Positions 60,619-64,000 of a stretch of 64,000 bases of DNA are shown here, piece by piece. Under the pieces are notes generated by a model. It made no database searches, was not told the DNA's origin, and saw nothing but the letters and a program-made list of their open reading frames with translations. This DNA is from an uncultured delta proteobacterium (GTDB lineage: Bacteria; Myxococcota; Myxococcia; Myxococcales; Anaeromyxobacteraceae): assembly GCA_963845515.1 (NCBI GenBank), contig CAWJSR010000023.1, positions 184,726 to 248,725 of the forward strand, written 5' to 3'. The translations under genes and the position numbers were made by a program. Position 1 is the stretch's first letter; each line of letters opens with the position of its first letter.

Positions 60619-62826
60619 TCAGAGCATCGAGTACGGGTCCATGTCGAACCTGACGCTCGCGCCTCCGGGCGGCCGGTGCGCTACGCGGCCGAGGGCGCGG
60701 TGGACCTGGTGGAGCGCCTGTGGTCCCGTCGCCTTGAAGAGCAGGTGCCACCTGCTCCGGCCGCGAATCCGCTCGATGGCGGCCGGCGCCGGGCCGAGCA
60801 GCGCGACTCCGTTCGCGAGCGCCGGCTGGGCGGCGTGGGCGAGCGCCTCGGCGCACTCACGCGCCCCCTCCTCGGATCCCTCGACCCGCACGGCGAGCAT
60901 CCGGCCGAAGGGCGGGTAGCCCATCGCGCTGCGCCGCGCCAGCTCCCCTTCGGCGAAGGCCGCGTAGTCGTGCCCCACTGCGCAGGCGATCGCCGGGGAG
61001 CCGGGGTTGAAGGTCTGCACGATCACGCGTCCAGCGTCCGCGCCGCGCCCCGCGCGGCCAGCGACCTGTGTCAGGAGCTGGAAGGTCCTCTCGGCGGCGC
61101 GGAAGTCGGGGAGGGCGAGGGCCGTGTCGGCGAGGATGACCCCGACCAGCGTGACGCCCGGGAAGTCGTGCCCCTTGGTGACCATCTGCGTGCCGACCAT
61201 GACGTCCAGCTCCCGCCGTGCGAAGCGGGCGAGGAGCGCGGCCGCGTCGTCGGCGCTCCCGATGGCGTCGCGGTCGAGCCGGCCGACGCGGGCGGACGGG
61301 AAGCCCTCCTTCACCGCCTCCTCCACCTGCTCCACGCCGATCCCCATCCCGAAGCGCAGGCCACCGCAGTCGGGGCAGACCGCGTCCATCGGCTCGGAGC
61401 GGCCGCAGTAGTGGCAGCGCAGCTGGCCGCGCCGCTGGTGGAGGGTGAGCGAGACCGAGCAGTTGGGGCAGCGCGCCTCCCGCCCGCAGGCGTCACAGAC
61501 GACGAGCGTCTGGTAGCCGCGCCGGTTCAGGAAGAGGATCGCCTGCTGCCCGGCGGCGAGCGTCTCGCCGAGCGCCTCGGCCAGCGGCGGCGAGATGAGG
61601 CCGCGCCCGGGGAGCTTCTTCGCCCTGCGGAGCCGCGACAGGTCGACCAGCTCCACCAGCGGCATCGGGCGGTCGTCGATCCGCGCCGGGAGGGAGAGGA
61701 GCCGGTAGCGGCCGCGCCGGGCGTTCTCCAGCGTCTCCAGCGAGGGCGTGGCGGAGCCCAGGAGCACCACCGCCTCCTCGATCCTGGCGCGGACGACGGC
61801 GAGGTCGCGAGCGTGGTAGGCGGGGCCGTCCTCCTGCTTGAAGCTGCCGTCGTGCTCCTCGTCCACGACGATGATCGCGAGGTCCTGGACCGGCGCGAAG
61901 ATGGCGCTTCGGACGCCGACGCAGATGTGCGCCTCGCCGGTCCGGAGCCGCAGCCACTCGGCGTGGCGCTCCGCCTGCGAGAGGCCGGAGTGGAGGAGGG
62001 CGACGTCGTCACCGAAGCGGGCACGGAAGCGGCCCGAGAGCTGCGGCGTCAGCGCGATCTCCGGCACGAGGACGAGCGCGCCCTTGCCGGCCTCGCGGGC
62101 GCGGGCGATCGCCTGGAGGTAGACCTCGGTCTTGCCCGAGCCGGTGACCCCGTGGAGCAGGAACGGCTGGTAGCCACCGAAGGCGGCGACGACCGCCGCG
62201 AGCGACTCGCCCTGGGCAGGCGTCAGCGGGAGCGCCGTCCCGTCGGCCGGGAGGAGCCCCCCGCCTGCCACCGGGGTCTCGGTCTCGAGGCGCACGAGCC
62301 CCCGCTTCGAGAGCGCGTGGAGCGCCGGACGACCACGCGGGAAGGCGGCCTTCAGCTCCTCCACCGGGATCCGGCCGCGGGCGAGGAGGTACTCGAGGAC
62401 CGCCTTCTGCGCGCGGGCGCGGCCGAGCGACCCGAGCGCCTCCGCCGCAGACGGATCGGGGGCGGCGTACTCGACGCCGCGCCGCGTGGGCGCCGCCTCG
62501 CCGCCGCGCGTGTTCAGGCCCGGCGGAAGCGCTGCCCGGAGCAGCTCCCCGGGCGGGACGAGGTAGTAGTCCTCGGCCCAGCGGATCAGCTCGATGAGCT
62601 TCGGCGTGAAGGGCGGGACCGCGTCGAGCACCTCGACCACGTCCCGCAGCTCGAAGCCCTTGGGCGGCAGGGTGGGGAAGCCGACGACGTAGCCGGTCGC
62701 GCGCTTGCTCTTCCCGAACGGGACGGCGACGCGCTGCCCGAGCGTCACCTCGGAGGCGAGGGCGTGCGGCACGCGATAGGTGAAGGTTCCGCGGACCGCG
62801 GCGGCGACGGCGACCTCGACGAGCAC
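60619..62826 (-). CDS. priA: Primosomal protein N' (replication restart helicase)
   Basis: HGVTGSGKTEVY, DEEH, SATPS, four CxxC pairs, GTQMVTKGHDFP, QVAGRAGR. Confidence 0.98.
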   Translation of the reverse strand: MLVEVAVAAAVRGTFTYRVPHALASEVTLGQRVAVPFGKSKRATGYVVGFPTLPPKGFELRDVVEVLDAVPPFTPKLIELIRWAEDYYLVPPGELLRAALPPGLNTRGGEAAPTRRGVEYAAPDPSAAEALGSLGRARAQKAVLEYLLARGRIPVEELKAAFPRGRPALHALSKRGLVRLETETPVAGGGLLPADGTALPLTPAQGESLAAVVAAFGGYQPFLLHGVTGSGKTEVYLQAIARAREAGKGALVLVPEIALTPQLSGRFRARFGDDVALLHSGLSQAERHAEWLRLRTGEAHICVGVRSAIFAPVQDLAIIVVDEEHDGSFKQEDGPAYHARDLAVVRARIEEAVVLLGSATPSLETLENARRGRYRLLSLPARIDDRPMPLVELVDLSRLRRAKKLPGRGLISPPLAEALGETLAAGQQAILFLNRRGYQTLVVCDACGREARCPNCSVSLTLHQRRGQLRCHYCGRSEPMDAVCPDCGGLRFGMGIGVEQVEEAVKEGFPSARVGRLDRDAIGSADDAAALLARFARRELDVMVGTQMVTKGHDFPGVTLVGVILADTALALPDFRAAERTFQLLTQVAGRAGRGADAGRVIVQTFNPGSPAIACAVGHDYAAFAEGELARRSAMGYPPFGRMLAVRVEGSEEGARECAEALAHAAQPALANGVALLGPAPAAIERIRGRSRWHLLFKATGPQALHQVHRALGRVAHRPPGGASVRFDMDPYSML

Positions 62827-62896
62827 GGCGGGAGTCTACCAGCGAGGGGGGCCGGGCAGGCGGCTCGCCGACGCTCGCGGGTCCGTCCCGGAGCGA

Positions 62897-63469
62897 TCAG
62901 CCCGGTGGCGACGCCGCGCCACCGGCGAGCTCCGCCTTCACGCGGGTCAGCTTGTCGATGATGTGGATGAAGTTCTCGGAGACGAGGCCGAGGACGAACC
63001 ACATGGGCGCGATGGCGAGGCTCGTGTAGCGGAGCAGGGTGAGCGCGCCGTCCTCGTAGTACCAGATGTCGAAGCCGGTCAGCGCCCTGAGGATCCAGCC
63101 GGTGGCGCACTCCATGGCGAGGATGATCACCATGTAGACCGCGCCCCGCGCGAGCAGCGGCCAGCGCTTGATGCGGCGGTAGGCGGGCTCGAGGCCGAAC
63201 AGCGCGATGGAGCCGTAGACGAAGAACATCCACAGGCTCGCCTGCCCGTAGAGCACGCGAACCGGCGCGCTCCAGACGCTGGCCAGCGCCAGGCGGGGGT
63301 CGACCAGCCACTGGAACTGGAAGAGCCAGCTCGCGGCGGCGGGGAGGCGGCGGCCGACCTTGACGATCGTGTAGAAGGCGACCTCTCCGGCGACGAGGAG
63401 CGAGCCGTAGATCACGAAGCGGAAGAGCGCGCGGAGAAGCTTCTTCTGGGCCAGATCGCGACGTGTCAT
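62897..63469 (-). CDS. Membrane protein (putative ABC-permease/TMEM229-like)
   Basis: Four hydrophobic segments; G..SLWMF..YG, E..TG, IWYY. Confidence 0.6.
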   Translation of the reverse strand: MTRRDLAQKKLLRALFRFVIYGSLLVAGEVAFYTIVKVGRRLPAAASWLFQFQWLVDPRLALASVWSAPVRVLYGQASLWMFFVYGSIALFGLEPAYRRIKRWPLLARGAVYMVIILAMECATGWILRALTGFDIWYYEDGALTLLRYTSLAIAPMWFVLGLVSENFIHIIDKLTRVKAELAGGAASPPG

Positions 63470-63604
63470 CGTCAACTCCTGGAGGGTTCGACGAGCGGCT
63501 GCACCCGGACAGTAGCGGCTGGGACCGGGCCGGCAAGCGGGCCTGGCCGCGTCACGTGATCGGCGTCACTCGACCGTACCAGCCCACGCTAAGATGGAGT
63601 GACC

Positions 63605-64000
63605 ATGGCTCACTTCGCCCCGCTGGTCCTGCTGTGCATGAGCACCGCCGCCGCCGACAACGCGGGGCCTTACTTCCAGGGGGAGGATCCCGAGTCCTCC
63701 CGGTCGCTCGACGTCGGGAGCCCCTTCTCCGAGACGTTCACGCTCGTGGACCCCGACGGAGACCGGATCGAGCTCAGGGCCGAGGGGCTCCCGCCAGGCG
63801 CGAAGGTGCGCATCCGAGATCCCCACGCCTTCTGGGAGGCCGACGAGGGTCCGCCGAGGGCGACGAAGGCCGTCGCGCGCGACCTGGTCGTCACGTGGAC
63901 GCCGACGCGGGCGCAGCGCGGGAACCACGTGGTCGCGCTCGTCGCGAGCGACGGGAAGGCGGACGAGCGGATCGAGGTGACGCTCAAGGTCCAGGAGGAG
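63605..64000 (+). CDS. 5' part of a secreted protein with an Ig-like domain (runs off the window)
   Basis: GGAG RBS; MAHFAPLVLLCMSTAAA signal; DPDGD...GLPPGA...WTP...ASDG pattern. Confidence 0.55.
   Translation, partial: MAHFAPLVLLCMSTAAADNAGPYFQGEDPESSRSLDVGSPFSETFTLVDPDGDRIELRAEGLPPGAKVRIRDPHAFWEADEGPPRATKAVARDLVVTWTPTRAQRGNHVVALVASDGKADERIEVTLKVQEE

Overview
GC-rich bacterial DNA whose gene content suggests an Anaeromyxobacter-like Myxococcota. The right half (~31-64 kb) is mostly housekeeping: an MCP, a VIT1 transporter, an RdgC-like pair, a type III PKS/methyltransferase/ACP/FAAL cluster, hisDBHAFIE, rpsU-yqeY-dnaG-rpoD-tRNA-Ile2, rnhA, def and priA. The left ~31 kb is an unusual accessory locus that looks like an anaerobic sulfur-scavenging regulon. 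It encodes a MarH-like Fe protein with a nitrogenase-like D/K pair whose D subunit keeps only one Cys, and five radical SAM enzymes that all carry a non-canonical Cx8Cx2C motif. It also encodes an HgdC-type ATPase with two Hgd/Bcr-family subunits (one with a six-Cys, double-cubane-like pattern), MetK, two Ssu/Tau-type ABC importers, a porin, and MFS and OPT transporters. A 16-bp palindrome (ATCCGTTATnnCGGAT) sits in five promoter regions, including that of an XRE-cupin regulator. The exported proteins of the locus are nearly devoid of Cys and Met. About eight single-base frameshifts, including one in rpoD, are most likely assembly errors. Family assignments come from motif recognition by eye; no database searches were run.
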